Assembly (NCBI RefSeq): GCF_039654945.1
Contig: NW_027361711.1
Location: 682,001-746,000, forward strand
Length of the DNA: 64,000 nucleotides
Direction of reading: 5' to 3'
From: Dendrobates tinctorius
Lineage: Eukaryota
The notes beneath the pieces were generated by a model. The model saw nothing but the letters and a program-made list of their open reading frames with translations, did not search any database and was not told the DNA's origin. Shown here piece by piece: positions 1-13,748 of the stretch. The first letter of the stretch is position 1, and each line of letters begins with the position of its first letter. The position numbers were made by a program, and so were the translations under genes.

Positions 1-266
1 AGTGGTTAGAACCCCAGAGATCAATAAATTGTCTTCCATCTTTAAAGTCTTTTATGGATTTTTTTATATACTGTAGGTTTTGTTCTCTTTTTTAAGAGGT
101 GGTATGAACCTGTGGAAAATAGGGGCAACATATCAAGGGTTAAGAATACAGCAGTATCTTGAGACATCTGAAAGTAGCAAAGATAAAAATTGGGTTATGA
201 GACCTCCCATCCTATATGTAAAAATATTGAATAATGTAGGTTGTGCAATACAAGAACCTACACCAC

Positions 267-533
267 CAGGCTTGAACTGGCCCACCGGAGAATCCTCCGG
301 TGGGCTATAGTGGAACAGTGGGCCACCACCCTCGTATATGAGCAATACTTGGCACAATATATTTGAATCTTTATGTACAGACAAAGGCAGAATATTATTA
401 GTTTAATAATCTACCCAGTTCATTAATGGTTTTACAAACTTTGATTGAGGATAATGTCCCATTATCATGTAGTTGTAAAGTGGGGCCCTGGAGTTGGGTA
501 CTGGTGGGCCCTTGGCAGGCCAGTCCGATATGG
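267..533. mobile_element. hAT-type MITE
   Basis: Imperfect TIRs (CAGGCTTGAACTGG...CCAGTCCGATATGG) flanked by an exact 8-bp TSD TACACCAC (259-266 / 534-541). Confidence 0.7.
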
Positions 534-2350
534 TACACCACCTTGTCATATACTTTTAAAGAGGATGTCTTTTGAGTTGTTCTGCAGTACCCGGCAGCAG
601 CATTGACGGATGCTGTGTATTGATGCCTGTTTAGTGTGTTTATATCCGGTCACCACTGGTGCCTATAGCAGCTAAACACAGAGGGTGTTTGGGTGTCAGC
701 CCACACTGGTCTAATATTGATATTTTATCCCAAGGATAATTCTCCTACCTCATCCATAACTTATTTTGACGTTTTATCAAATATTCTTTTTTGTTTGTTA
801 CTTCAGTTTGCCCTAGAAATGTGAAATATAAAATCCTGCTCTATTTCATTAACACTTTGTCCTAGGGATATTAGATTGCAACCTGGGTGTCGGGGTAAGT
901 AATTATTAATAATAATTAAAAAAAAAAATCCAATACACATATTAATGTATAAAACTTTTCATACGTTTAATGTTATTCTATTATTTATTTACATTCTACT
1001 TTCCTCGTCTTCTCATCTCTTTCCCTCCACTATATTTGACCTAAAGCTGGTGCACACTTAATATGAATATAGATTACCATCTCTTTAAAAAAATGTTTGG
1101 GATTTGAATAATACAATATTGTCTCCAATCTCTACGATATCTTTCATATGCCCCATCACATCGTGATTTTAGCCTTCATTTGATGTCCGAAAGACCTCCC
1201 AATTTGTACATGAAAAGGAAACCTACATTAGTCGGGTACTTGTCATTGGGTCCTACTGAATGAATAAAGGCAAAAGGACATGCTCTTTGCCTTCATTAGG
1301 TATGGACACACTTAGCGTGTACGTAAGAGTAGGGGGTGTACACTTATCTGCAACATCATATGCCAAATATGTTGTTCTGCCACCTCTCCTTTATACAGGA
1401 GTGCACGCTCAGCTGAGCACTCCTGAGTCCTCTATGAGAGACATGTTTGGTCACGGCTTATATCTATAGAAGAAAAGAATTGTCAGTCTGAAATAAGACA
1501 TGCCAAATCTCATAATCTTCTAAAGGCCAATCACATCACATGACCAGCCCATATGAGCTCACTAAGGGGAGGTATGTGGGCTTAACCTTGATCTAACAAA
1601 AATCAGAGTTTGGCTTTTTGCCATTTGTCAGTTCTGGAAGACACAGTGTTCTGTGGTTCTGTATTGTTGCTCTAAAGAGTGATTCCCTCTGCTAAGCTCT
1701 GAGCCATTTCCGTGACACAAGTTTAATACTTTTTCTTTTGTTATCCCTTTCATTTTATGTAATTATATATATTGTATATCGTATTGTTTTGCTCCCATTG
1801 TGTGCCATCTTTGCATACTGTTTTTAAAAAGACTGCCCACTTTTTCAGATTAAATATATAAAATTTAATAGCTCTGTTCCTCACTGTGAGTTCTCCAATA
1901 ACTGGGAGGACAGCCGTGGCCTCATCCATCACTCGTCAGTCAATTGCGTAATTGTCCTGATGTTTGGAGGCGGCAGAGTTGCGTCCATTAACACAACGTA
2001 GTCTGCAGATGTTGCAAGTTGTAAATGTAAATTTGATCAGGTTCATTCTCTATAATTATTGTCCCTTCTGTTTCCTATCCATGTCCTTAATATATCCAGG
2101 TTGTTGCTCAGCAACACTTCCAGATCTACACATTCTTATTGGGATCTGGAAGTATGACCCACATTCAGTTTAAGTCTTAGTGGCAGACTTTAAAGGGAAG
2201 GTACCGCATTTGTAGATCATTAATAAATCAATGTAATGTAGCATAACATGCTGTTAAAACCAAGTTTTGATACCATTTGAAACATATTCCGTGTGTTATA
2301 GGTGTTTAAAGAAGGCACTTGAGGCTGACACCTTTCTTTCACATTAGTAG

Positions 2351-3432
2351 TGTCACGTGCCCCGTCCTGTTTGACACGGCCCGCAGGCCGGTAACTGAAA
2401 CAACAGGACGCGGCACGTGTATTTGTCCTGTGTGACGCGGCCCGCAGGCCGGTAACTAATACAACAAGACACAGGGGAAAGGGAAACAGTTAACAACGGT
2501 GGGCCCTGCGATAGGGAATGAGGGGTTGGAGACCTCCTGCACACCCCTGAGTAAGTGTCCCTCACACTCCTAACATTCCCTATGCCGGTTTCTCACCGGG
2601 CGACGCTAAGGAACCTGTGACCCTAGCTCGCCCTGAACCTATCCCTTACTAGTGTAATGGACGGTGCAGAAACTAATCCCACCACTGCACTAACACCAAC
2701 ATAAGGAAAAGTGACAAACAGGGAAACACTTAGCTTTGCTCTGATGCACTTGCTCCTGGCAACAGAGTCCAACACCTGAGTGCATCTTCCTCCGACCGTG
2801 TCTACACCTGGGTGCAGCTTTACAGCAACAGCGTCCAGCACTGAGTGCCACCTTGGAGCAACAGAGTCCAGCACCTGAATGCAGCTGTCCAGCTACCAAG
2901 TCCAGCACCTGAGTGCAGCTTTCCAGTAACAGAGTCCAGCAAACTGAGTGCAGCTCTACACCACAGCTGCCACTCCACCAAGCTTTGCAAGAATTCTTCA
3001 CTGACACCATAGCTGGCACTCCACCATGCTTTGCACGAACTCCTCGCTGACACCATAGCTGCCACTCCAGGACTCCGACCGAGCCGCCCTGGACTCTCAT
3101 CCAGCTCCCTCCTTCACCCAGGCTGGCAGGAAAACCAATAATAATATCACCAACGTCAGTGAGCACAACTGACACACCTTTATAAAGCAAACACACCTGT
3201 TAGTGATTCACGTGCAATTACACTAACCACCACTGGGGGGTAAACTAGAACTAAAAACACCAGTGCAATGACCATACTGGCCACCGGGGGCAAAACTGTC
3301 TCTAAGCAAAGAAAACATCAAGTGCAATGACACTTGTGGCCACTGGGGCAAAACCAAACCTGAGCAAACAGCTCAAAGAAAAAAAAGGTTACAAGTGCTT
3401 TTATAAGTCATGATCCAGCATGGTTTATGACT
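2351..3432. mobile_element. solo LTR-like element (same family as 43856-44599, opposite orientation)
   Basis: Starts TGTCACG; extended reverse-complement similarity to 43856-44599; internal short tandem repeats at 2750-3070; right end approximate. Confidence 0.65.
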
Positions 3433-3781
3433 TTCACTGTCATAATACGGCACTCCATGGTCATAAGAGCTAACAGACGGATGCCGACCCTATCTATTAT
3501 AATGGAGGTGTCACTGCTGTGAACTGGGCACGCCTTTTTGTGCTGCACAATTCACAGTAGTGGGAGTGTTCTGCTGCCATTTTCATGGAGCCCTTGGATC
3601 TGCTAATATAAGCAGTACTGCTTCCAGCAGAACAGATCCTAGATTGACATGAGTAAAATGCAGAAGAAAAGCACAGGCAGAGTATCAGAGACTGCAAAGA
3701 CATCAAGGAGGAACAGTGTACCAACAGCATTATCGGAGCAGGAGCTGTCTGCAGAAGCTGTGATTCATCCCTCAGGAAGAT

Positions 3782-3960
3782 AAGACCTCATAGATTGTAA
3801 GCTTGCGAGAAGGGCCCTCATTCCTCTTGGTATCTGTTATGATCTATGTGACTATTGTTATGCTGTAATGTCTATTGTCTGTACACGTCCCCTCTGAAAT
3901 GTAAAGTGCTGCAGAATATGTCGGCGCTATAGAAATAAAATTTATGATTATTATTATTAT
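3782..3960 (+). mobile_element. L2 LINE 3' tail fragment
   Basis: Nearly identical to the L2 tail at 23980-24160 (tagactgtaagcttgcgagcagggccctc...gcgctatagaaataaaa(tta)n). Confidence 0.8.
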
Positions 3961-4865
3961 AAGGAGCTGCAGGTCTCAAGTGAATGGCCAGACATTGTGG
4001 AGGGGGGGTGAGAGATACATGTAATCTGGGTGAGAGAGACATATTAAGACTGATGGGAGAGAGAGCGACAGTAACTGCTGGTGATAGCAGATCACAGGGC
4101 AGTCACCCACAAAATGGCGCTGCCCTGTGATGTTACTCTTCATTCTGCCCCAGGGATTCTAGAACATCCAAAAGGGGAGGGAAATGGTAATGTCAGCAGT
4201 TACTGCCCCAATTTTCCAGCTAACAGTAAAGTTGGTAAGTCTTACTATAGCTTCTTGAGGTCTAAAACGGAAAATGCTTCAACTAGTGGTAATTATATAT
4301 ATTTGTAAAAAAATATATAATATATATTTTTCATATAGAACTGCAAACATTGCATTAATACATTTTAATTACTATTTTAAGCTTAATTGAACAAAAAAAC
4401 AAACAAACAAACTACAAGAAAACTGGTGGCACCTTCCCTTTAATAGATGCTGCTAAGACTTCTGCTCAAGTGCAAGAATCAGAGAAAGTAACCTTAATCA
4501 GATGTCTGCTTTTCACGTACGTTTTCAGTATTTTTCATGGATGGAGCTTGTATCCACCATAGTCTATGATGCTGTTCACATGTCTGCTTTTTTTCCTGAA
4601 GGAATAAAATAATTGAGACATTTCTGTTTTTGATCAAATTTTACCAAAATGAGCACACTGGTGTGAATTGGTCCAATTTTTTTACACCTGCGATAAACAA
4701 GTGACGTCTGATATTCCATGGGCGTGAACAGATGTTGCTGACATGCTCTAAATTCCAAAATAAAGGTAGATCTGTTCTTAAATAAAGGTAAATCTGTTTT
4801 CTCCAAAGGTAAAAGTCATTTTCAGATAGATCAATGCAAGTAATTCACACCAATAGTTGAGATCC

Positions 4866-5027
4866 CAGTGTTTGTGTGGGTTTCCTCCGGGTACTCCAGT
4901 TTCCTCCCACATTCCAAAGACATACTGATAGGGAATTTAGATTGCTAGCCCCAATGGGGACAGTGATGATAATGTCTGTAAAGCGCTGCAGAATATGATG
5001 GCGCTGTATGAGCGAGTAAAATAAATC
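4866..5027 (+). mobile_element. V-SINE fragment with L2-like tail
   Basis: V-domain core GGGTTTCCTCCGGGTACTCCAGTTTCCTCCCACA followed by gtaaagcgctgcagaatatgatggcgct tail. Confidence 0.75.
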
Positions 5028-5585
5028 CATTAATTCAATGGGTGCTGACCTACATGTCTACATCAGTCACTGTAAGTCACTTGTAGAAGAGTAGGGTTTC
5101 TGAACCCCACAGATCTGATATTTATGTCCTATTCTAAGGAACAGATCATCAATATCCTAATGCTAGACAAACCTTTTCATGATAAGGGGCAAATTGTTCA
5201 AACCCCTTTACTACGTCTAAAATGTCATGCACACAGGAATGCCATATGTACAGACCTGTATGATAGCAAATTAACACATTTAGACATGCTAAATGGACTC
5301 ACTAAATTATATTAGTGCCCTATTAAAGATTCATTCGCAAAATCTATAGTCTGGCCTTATGAAAAAACATAGTGTCAACCAACATTACATCAACAAGAGA
5401 AGCATTAAAATGGCAGATTCGCTGTGCTTGTGCATAAGCATTAATCAATTTTTTTGTGATTTTATGCAAAATACAGAACAAAAAGTGATGAAAACGTTAA
5501 AAATAAATATAACCATGTAGGCTGAAGACAATTCAAGGTTAGCAGGCTGAATGCTGCTCAGCTGGGGTCCTAACTACCCAATAAC

Positions 5586-6168
5586 CATTCCCTCCTGCTA
5601 CAGATTCTCTCATCTCTTTGGCATCACAGACTTGGACCTATCCTGGGTCTCATCATACCTAACAGACCGAACATTTAGTGTCTCCCTCTCACACACCACC
5701 TCCTCACCTTGCCCCCTGTCTGTTGGTGTTCCTCAAGGCTCTGTCCTAGGACCCCTACTATTCTCCATCTACACCTTTGGCTTGGGACAGCTCATAGAAT
5801 CCTACGGTTTGCAGTATCACCTCTATGCCGATGACACGCAGATCTACCTATCTGGACCCAACCTCGCCTCCTTACTGACTGAAATCCCACAATGTCTGTC
5901 TGCTATTACCTGTTCCGACAAGCCTACAGCCTGCAATGATCCTCGGTCTACTGAACCACCGCACGACCTGCTCTACCCTCTCCTACTGTATCCTCACCCA
6001 TCCCTGTAGACTGTGAGCCCTCGCGGCCAGGGTCCCCTCTCCTTATGTACTTGTGTGTCCCTTGTCTTACACATGTTTATTACACTTGTCTATATTTCCC
6101 CTTTTCACATGTAAAGCGCCATGGAATAAATGGCGCTATATAAATGCATAATAATAATATTAATAATA
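5586..6168 (+). mobile_element. L2 LINE fragment (RT core joined to 3' tail by internal deletion)
   Basis: RT motifs [16 protein letters not shown] and YADDTQIY; 3' tail matches 53858-54110; (TAA)n end. Confidence 0.9.
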
Positions 6169-7279
6169 AAGTGCACCTCAACTGAACAACTTTGGCAGCA
6201 CTCATCTCCAGAGAAAAGTAACTCTGAGCATATTATATCATTCTTGACATAGCTATATTGTTACAATAGTATGCAAGTTTTTCCAGTAACATGAAAAAAA
6301 AAAGCTTTTAACAATTCGGTTGAGTGCATTCATGTTTGGTTCGCTAGTACTCGAGAAGGATTGAGGGAATGAAGCTTCCAGTAACTCTCTCGTGGCGGTC
6401 ATATTTACATTATATTAATTGATGAAGCATTTGTAAAAATGAAGAGCTGTCTCTGACCTATTCCTATGTGAAGGCTGATCCTGAAGCCAATATTAAATTT
6501 AATGGGTTAACAATTAATGAAAAAAAAAAACTATCTAGCAACCAGTAAATGGCAGCCACAACCTGATGGTCAATACCACCGTCTTACTAAAGTCAGCTTC
6601 AGAACCCTTGAACATCTGTAATATAGTGGTGTTCAAATCATTAATAATATCAAAAAGTATAGATTTTGGACTACACTTTAACATATTTTTCTACTAAATA
6701 AAGGACATTTTTTTGCTGAAAGCCGAGATATTCAGTAATTAATTCACAGCCTCATTTCTGCACAACTTGTGTGGAGTACACTTCCACAGATAAGAGCTGT
6801 TTAATTCTAAGTCCATAGGTTTATCATCAACAGCAGATAGGTTTAGCCAACCATATCCTCCTTAATCCTACTAATCTTCCTGTCTGCCTCTAGAAATTCG
6901 GCGCTATTAAGCACAATATGAATTATGTTTTGTTTAATCCAGTAGAAATTATAGATTAGCCTTTACCTAACTAGAAATGGGCAAACTTTAAAGAGACGTG
7001 TTTAAAGCAAAGCTTAGAATTGGAGTTACTCATGTTCCCACCACTACCCCATGTTTTTAGGAAAAGTTAAAATTACTTTGCTTGAAAATGTATAAAAAAT
7101 GATAAAGAATCAGAATAGCAAACGCCTGCCTAGCTTTCAACTATACTTTGCAAATAATTTTTCAAATAACATTAAATGAAAGGTATGGACTGCCAAAAAA
7201 ACATGACTGTTCCTTCACCTTAAGGTAAAATAACCATGCTGAAGATATCATATTGAGGACATATTATGAAAAGACTTAA

Positions 7280-7690
7280 AGTGAACCTGACATCTGATAC
7301 ATGCTGCCCAAACTGTGGATAGCATGTCTTAGACACTGGCTGGGTGATCTCAACCAAGTATGTTTGACTCTAAAACACTGCATCGTTTCAGTGAAAAACA
7401 TACTTTAATAGGTGCCGGAAACAAGCCCTCTTATAGACTAGTCCCATTGGCTTCTCCACGCCCGCTGGCAATGACTGACAGATCTTTCCCTATACGTGCA
7501 CGTAGGCAGACACTTGTCAGTCATGGGCAGCGAGCGGAGAGAAGCTGCAAGGTATCTACCTATCCAACTAGTCTATAGCGTTGTCTCGGCTATTAAAGTA
7601 TGTATTACTCTGAAACACTTCGGTGTTTCTGAGTCAAACATATCTTGCTGAGATTGCACAGCCGGTGTCTGATAGATGCTGCCTGGAAAT
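7280..7690. mobile_element. T2/Kolobok-type palindromic MITE (right end eroded)
   Basis: TTAA|AGTGAACCTG start; internal inverted symmetry (tgtttgactctaaaacac / gtgtttctgagtcaaaca). Confidence 0.55.
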
Positions 7691-7908
7691 CAGAGAGGAT
7701 TAGGGTAATCAGGTGCAATATGATTGGATATTGTCACAAAAATTAATGAGTCACCAATCCAATGGAAACTTTTCACATTTCACAATTACTAACCAACTAG
7801 GATCTCGCTATGCCAGAAAAAGAATAAGTTGTCAAGTACACATGTACTATGATGGAGCTGAGTATACTGTATGTCAGAGAAGCTGTGGATTAACTTTAGA
7901 GTATAGGG

Positions 7909-8768
7909 TGTTATGATTAGGTAACCGAGGAGGACGACGGGGACTAGCCCAGGCAACCAGATAACCAGAGAGGCTGGTAGCTAGCGGATAGCAGACTCCT
8001 AAACTGACAACACAACTAGAATTAACTGTGGGACATACCTACGATGCCCTAGATGCCTCGGCACAGCCACAGAATTAACTAAGCCTAAAGAAAGAAATGG
8101 GAAAGCTAAACTGCCCCGGAGTAGAACCCCAAAGGAATAGATAGCCCCCGAACATATATTGCCGGTGAGACAAGATGAAGCACAAAACACAGGCAGAGAA
8201 TAGAGTAAGCAAATGATGGGGCCCAAACTGTCTAGATAGAACAGGACAGGAAAGGGTACTTGTCTGCAATCATGCAAAAAACCCTAAGAAAAATCCAACA
8301 CGTCTGATATGCAAAAATACTGAGGCCACACGACCTCTCCCCCACTAAATCAGAACTCTGGTGTGAACTGGTTACTAAAAAGACTAACATACGCTGTGGC
8401 ATATGGAACAGGGTCCAAGACAGGTCCCAACAGGGAACCAGGCTGAACTCACACCAGCTAAGCAAAGATCAGAGACAAGCAAAAATGGATCCAATGCAAA
8501 AAAAGATTCAAGAAGACAAATAACTTATCTGAAAGATGCAGGACAGAGCAGGAGACAAGCAGACATCAAAATGTGCTCAGGAAGCAAACAAAATCACTGG
8601 CAAGAGCTGAGGGATGGTTGTTCACTTAAATCTCCCCAGACTGTAACACCTGACCTCCAATCATCCTGCTCAGGTGATTGACTTCTGTCAGCTAGACCAG
8701 CTCCATTACCCGCAGCAACCACAAGAGGGAGCCCAAACTCAGAAGCCAGGTCAAAAGTGTTCACAACA
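7909..8768. mobile_element. solo LTR
   Basis: TGTTATGA...TCACAACA termini flanked by exact 6-bp direct repeat ATAGGG. Confidence 0.7.
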
Positions 8769-9189
8769 ATAGGGGTTCTTCTCAAAGAGATGGTCTTCTG
8801 GACACATTCATCTGCAATTTCTAGACACAAACTTTTCTTACCTATCAGCAACAACAAGTACATGCATGTCTACACTAATTCTGGTTTTATGCACCCAAAA
8901 ATTTTGGGCTCCCTTGAGACTCTGCTGAGGCTCCACCCCCACCCCGCAACCCTTCCACAGTCTCACCACCCACTCCACTTTTGCACCACGTCCTCAGCAA
9001 TCACACATTCCCATCGAACACCATATCACATACATAGTCATCAGTTTTGTTTTGGCCAAAAGAATTTTTAAGTCACCACTACGACAAGGTAGACTCTTCT
9101 GACAGGGTACTACTCTATTCAAACCTATTAAACATTTGTTAAAATTCCCAATACTCTTTTTAGGTATATTTTTATTTATATTTCTTTAG

Positions 9190-10632
9190 GGGAATGTGTC
9201 ACATACTCTTTTTAAAATACCACATACAAGCCACAAATATCATCATAGCATGGCCAGACCATATAATACCACCACAAAGTGACCAAATAATACCACATAC
9301 AAGTGACAAATATCATCACACCATGGCCAGACCATATATTACCATCACATTGTATACGAATACCACATACAAGGAGAAAATATCGTTACACCGTGACCAT
9401 ACCACATATTACCACCACATAGTGGCTGAATAGTAACACATACAAGGAACAAATACTGTCACACCATTACCAGACCACATATTACCACCATTTAGTGACT
9501 GAATAGTTCAATACTGATCATTAATAAAAAAGAAACCCACAGTACACAATACTAATTTTACCATAAGTGCCATAATACACAGGAGCTCTGTACATAGTAT
9601 ATATTATATAGTGTCAGTGTACAGGTAATAGTGACTCACCAGTGACATTATACACAGGAGCTCGCTATATATACTATATAGTATATAGTGTCAGTGTACA
9701 TGTAACACACTGACTTACCAGTGACATCTCTAGTTGAAGATATTCTTCTCTTTGCTACTTCATCCAGTACAGACCACCATCACTTCTTCCAGCTAGGACT
9801 CATCTCTGCAGATAACAGTTATCTAGAGCCCATTCCCCAACTTATATACTACAGCAGATGAAGAAAAAAGCAACAGTAACGCCCTGCACAGCAACAGGAC
9901 CCCTCACTAAAAACAATATCCTCAAAAATAAAATACATCACAGCAGTAATAATATCCCTTAATTATCCCCTACTGTAATAATGTCCTACATTCTGGCATC
10001 TTCCTGTAATAACATCCCCTATTCTGGCCCCATGTGTCTCATTCCTGGCCCAATGTGTCTCCATCCTGCTCCCACATGTCCTCCCATCATGGCCCCATGT
10101 GACTCCTTCCTGGTCCCATATGTCTTCATCCTGCCCTCCATATATCCTCCCATCATGGCAACATATGTCTCCATCCTGCCCCCCAAATATTTCCATCCTA
10201 TCCCCCCATATGTCCTCTCATCCTGGCCCCATATGTCTCCATCCTGCCCCCCAATATGTCTCCATTCTGCTCCCCTATCTCTCTATCCTGCCCCACCACG
10301 TCTCCAACCTGTCCCACATATGTCTCCCCATATTGCAGATTTCAATACAAAAAAAAAAGTTTCTCCTTACCTTGCTGCAGTCCAGGGGTGCCCTCTTCCT
10401 CAACCTTTTGAGGTGTGGACGTGCCAGCGCATGACAGTGATGTCATACACCGGCGACATGTGCGCCAACATCAGCTGCCGGCTTCTGATTGGCTGGCGGC
10501 TCCTATTGCAGTGTAGTGTGATGGCACATTTAGTTACCGAGTGAATGGCCTAATCCTGCCCCTGGACTGGACCCCTCTCCTCATCGGACCTGTTATGCCA
10601 GTAAAGGTAGTAATACTCTGATGATGGCCCTG
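9190..10632. repeat. degenerate tandem-repeat tracts, probably inside a hAT-like non-autonomous element
   Basis: ACCACATA-rich repeats at 9190-9620 and ~19-20-bp CCCCATATGTCTCCATCCTG units at 10020-10330; ends ...ATGGCCCTG. The Pro/Cys-rich ORFs here are artefacts of the repeat. Confidence 0.55.
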
Positions 10633-11753
10633 TATGTACCTGTTCTTTTTTTAACTCCCCAAACAGCAATAACATTGTAACAAAAAGGATTGCTGTTCAT
10701 GAAATTGCTTTCCTTTCAGAAAAACTTCAAGACTATGTATTTGAAACCTCCTGTTGCTTCTAACAACTATAAAAGTCTGTAATAGACTTCTACAGCTCAT
10801 ACAATATTGGAGAATACATCACATGTAAGTGCTTCCACCTATTACAATAAATTACAGCATTATTTCTGCAGATAAAAGGGTACTGCCTTCACTGTATCAC
10901 CCCAAACACAAGAGAAAAGCAGAAAAAGCACACTAAATCGAACACGATTCAGGTAAACAAACAATAGGAATACTTGTATAGAGTCCTTACAGAGTCGCCC
11001 ACTTCTTTCATAATAACAGGATTTTGGTTAAAAGCCTCTAGACTACGGAGGTAACACTGGACTCTGGGTAGACAAATTTAATAGTAAGAACAGTAAGTCA
11101 AAGAAGAGGATTCCGATGTGGAAAATGCATCTTGATGTACCCGTGTATACTGGAGACCTGCTTATATAATAATTCTCCAGTACTATTCTTATTGTAAAAG
11201 AGGATCTAGTGGTACAAGTGGTTAGCAAACAATACTTGTCAAAGGAGCACTTACATAAAGTATTATAAGTCTTTCAAATAACTGAACACGGAAATGTTGA
11301 AGGCCTCACAGTTCAACTGACTTCTATCACAAAGTACCTCCAAGTCCCTACATTAGACCACCCTTTTGAATACCATTAAAATGATTAATATATATAAATG
11401 TAAACCCTGATAACGTAGACATGAGCTCAATAGCATATGATTGGAAGGCCCCTCATACACAGACTAATGTCATTCGGACCCTCACTGTACCATATCGACG
11501 GGCTCGGATAAAAGTCTAATATCTATAGGAGCACCGGTCAAGTTATTGTCAGGAAAATATTGATCATGTCTGATTTCAGAGTGCTGATCATATTCTCTCC
11601 TTGAGACAGCGCTGTTCTAGAGAACACAGGAGTGCTTGGCCAAACGGGCGCTCCTGTGTATGGGAGAGCCGGCCAAGATGGCTCCATTCCAAACAATTTA
11701 CAAGTGTAGCAGACAGCCATCTAATGTATATGGTGGGCTTTAATCTCTTTTAA

Positions 11754-12169
11754 AGGGAATCTGTCAGCAGGTTTTTGCTATTTTATCTGACAGCAGCATA
11801 ATGTAGGAAAAGAGACCCTGAATCCAACAATGTATCACTTAGTTTACCTCGGTGCAGCCTTTCTGATATAATCAGAGTTTTTAGATTTAGCATGAAGTAC
11901 AGCTGAGAAAGCTAATCCTGCCCACACCAAGATCTCAATGAACATCGTCTATTGACAGTGAGCTGCTTATCACAGGAGGGGGTGGAGTCTGACCAGTGCT
12001 CACATGGCCAGCTAGTAACAGCAATGATAATGTGCTAGTGATAAAACCTTCATTGTAAGTAAACAGCACATAGCTTGATAAGATATGTGACACATCATTT
12101 AATTCTGTGTTTTAACTCTTACCTCATGCTGTCATCAGAATACATAGAAAACCTGCTGACAGATTCCTT
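11754..12169. mobile_element. T2/Kolobok-type MITE
   Basis: TTAA|AGGGAATCTGTCAGCAGGTTT ... AAACCTGCTGACAGATTCCTT|TTAA. Confidence 0.85.
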
Positions 12170-13748
12170 TTAAGTCAGCATAATGTAACATTTTGTACCA
12201 CATTTTGTGGATTTTGTGGATAAAGGTCTTCCAGACAGAAATTACAACCCTTTATTAAGGCTGTATGTATTATTCTATAACAAAGGTTGCTAAAACAAGT
12301 CAAAGTATTCTACAAACAAGCAGTATCTATGAATTTTTTCATGGTCACTAAGAGCACCTAATAAGTTGATTGAAAAGTTCCTATTTTTATAGCATTTCAA
12401 TAATGTCTCTGTGGTATATCCAATCGTACAGCACAATAAATCACACAGACAGGACCGGATAATATTCTAAGACCTTGACTATGGCAGTTCTGACCTTGCT
12501 GCTCGATTGAACTGCTATAGTTGTCAATGGAAATTACAGATTGTGACGCCACCGGCTCCATAGCCGAAAGCATCAGACACCACAATACAAATGGCTTCTT
12601 TTGTTTTGGCTCTGATATGCTGCTGTTTTTTCTGCTTCAACTGAGATCCATATACTGTAATGATTAATCTGTCACAGTTCACAGAAAGGATCGCTGCTGT
12701 GCTTATTCAATGACATATTACATGACTAATAAAGAAAGTATTTTCAAGTTCTAGACTAATCTGGAAGTAAATATTTACGGTTGCATATAACGCAGCCTTC
12801 TTGGAATACTTACGGTACATATAGTATAAATATAAGTATTGGCTAGGCTACAAGTAACCGGTTAGTGTTGCTGCTTGGCAGCAGGTGGCACCAGTCTTCT
12901 GTACCATGTTCACATTTTTGCAATGTGTCATATTCCCTGCAGCGCAGTGTGTGAAGGGATGGATACACATTCAAAAGTTATAGTAAAATAGATCAAAATA
13001 GCATCAGCAATGCATTATCATACTTTGCGGTCATGGATTTCTTGGTCAAACCAAGGTTTTTCATAAAGATTTTTTGGTGACTCCTTTAAAGCTATACTCA
13101 GTTTTAATGGGATCCATCTTTACAATTTTTTGAAAAACCTTGTCATAAAATCTAATTTGTGAGCGATACATTGGTATAAAGAACATAGCATAACCCAATG
13201 TAAGTCTCCGCTCCACATAAAGCTATTTATTATAACGCGCCTCCCGCTAAGTGATGTTTGTGTTTTTCCAGAAATGTGAATTTCCATTTGCTCAGCAATT
13301 CAGGCTATTCACCTTACGTTACTCTGGTTTCTGAGATCACTATTATGGCTACAATCTGCTTTTTGTATAAATAAATTATTGAAGCAAATGCTAAAATTAG
13401 CAAAAGCTGAATTGACAAAGCCAACCCTGATTTAGCAATAATATCGTTGCGCTTTAGTATGTTTTTTTTGCTTAGTTTGTGTAAATCAAGTTATATGGTG
13501 GTGGAAATGATGACAAGACAGTCTTCAGATACGACATTGCCTCAAGCTATTAATGCAGCGTGTAGTCTATATACTTTAAAGGTGTAGTATGGCAAGGTAC
13601 AGAAAGCACGTGAAAATGGAACAAACTTTTTTGCCCGGTGATGGGTCTGATCTTTATGTTCCCATACACATTCGACTAACATTGGCCAAATTCACAGATA
13701 TCGACGGATATAGCCAACAGTCTGATGTCTATAGGTTCACCAGCATGT

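Larger units (their letters stand above)
2194..4439. mobile_element. Kolobok/T2-type non-autonomous DNA transposon with nested inserts
   Basis: TTAA|AGGGAAGGTACC ... GGCACCTTCCCT|TTAA termini; contains a solo LTR and an L2 tail. Confidence 0.7.

Noticed and set aside
2623-3196. Overlapping ORFs up to 168 aa
   Set aside because: They arise from tandem repeats within an LTR-like element; no protein motif.
9963-10544. Pro/Cys-rich ORFs up to 187 aa
   Set aside because: They are translations of a minisatellite tract.
10960-11150. GFRCGKC peptide resembling the Cys motif of Penelope/Neptune ORFs
   Set aside because: Too short, and the flanking frames do not give convincing RT or GIY-YIG similarity by eye; needs tBLASTx.
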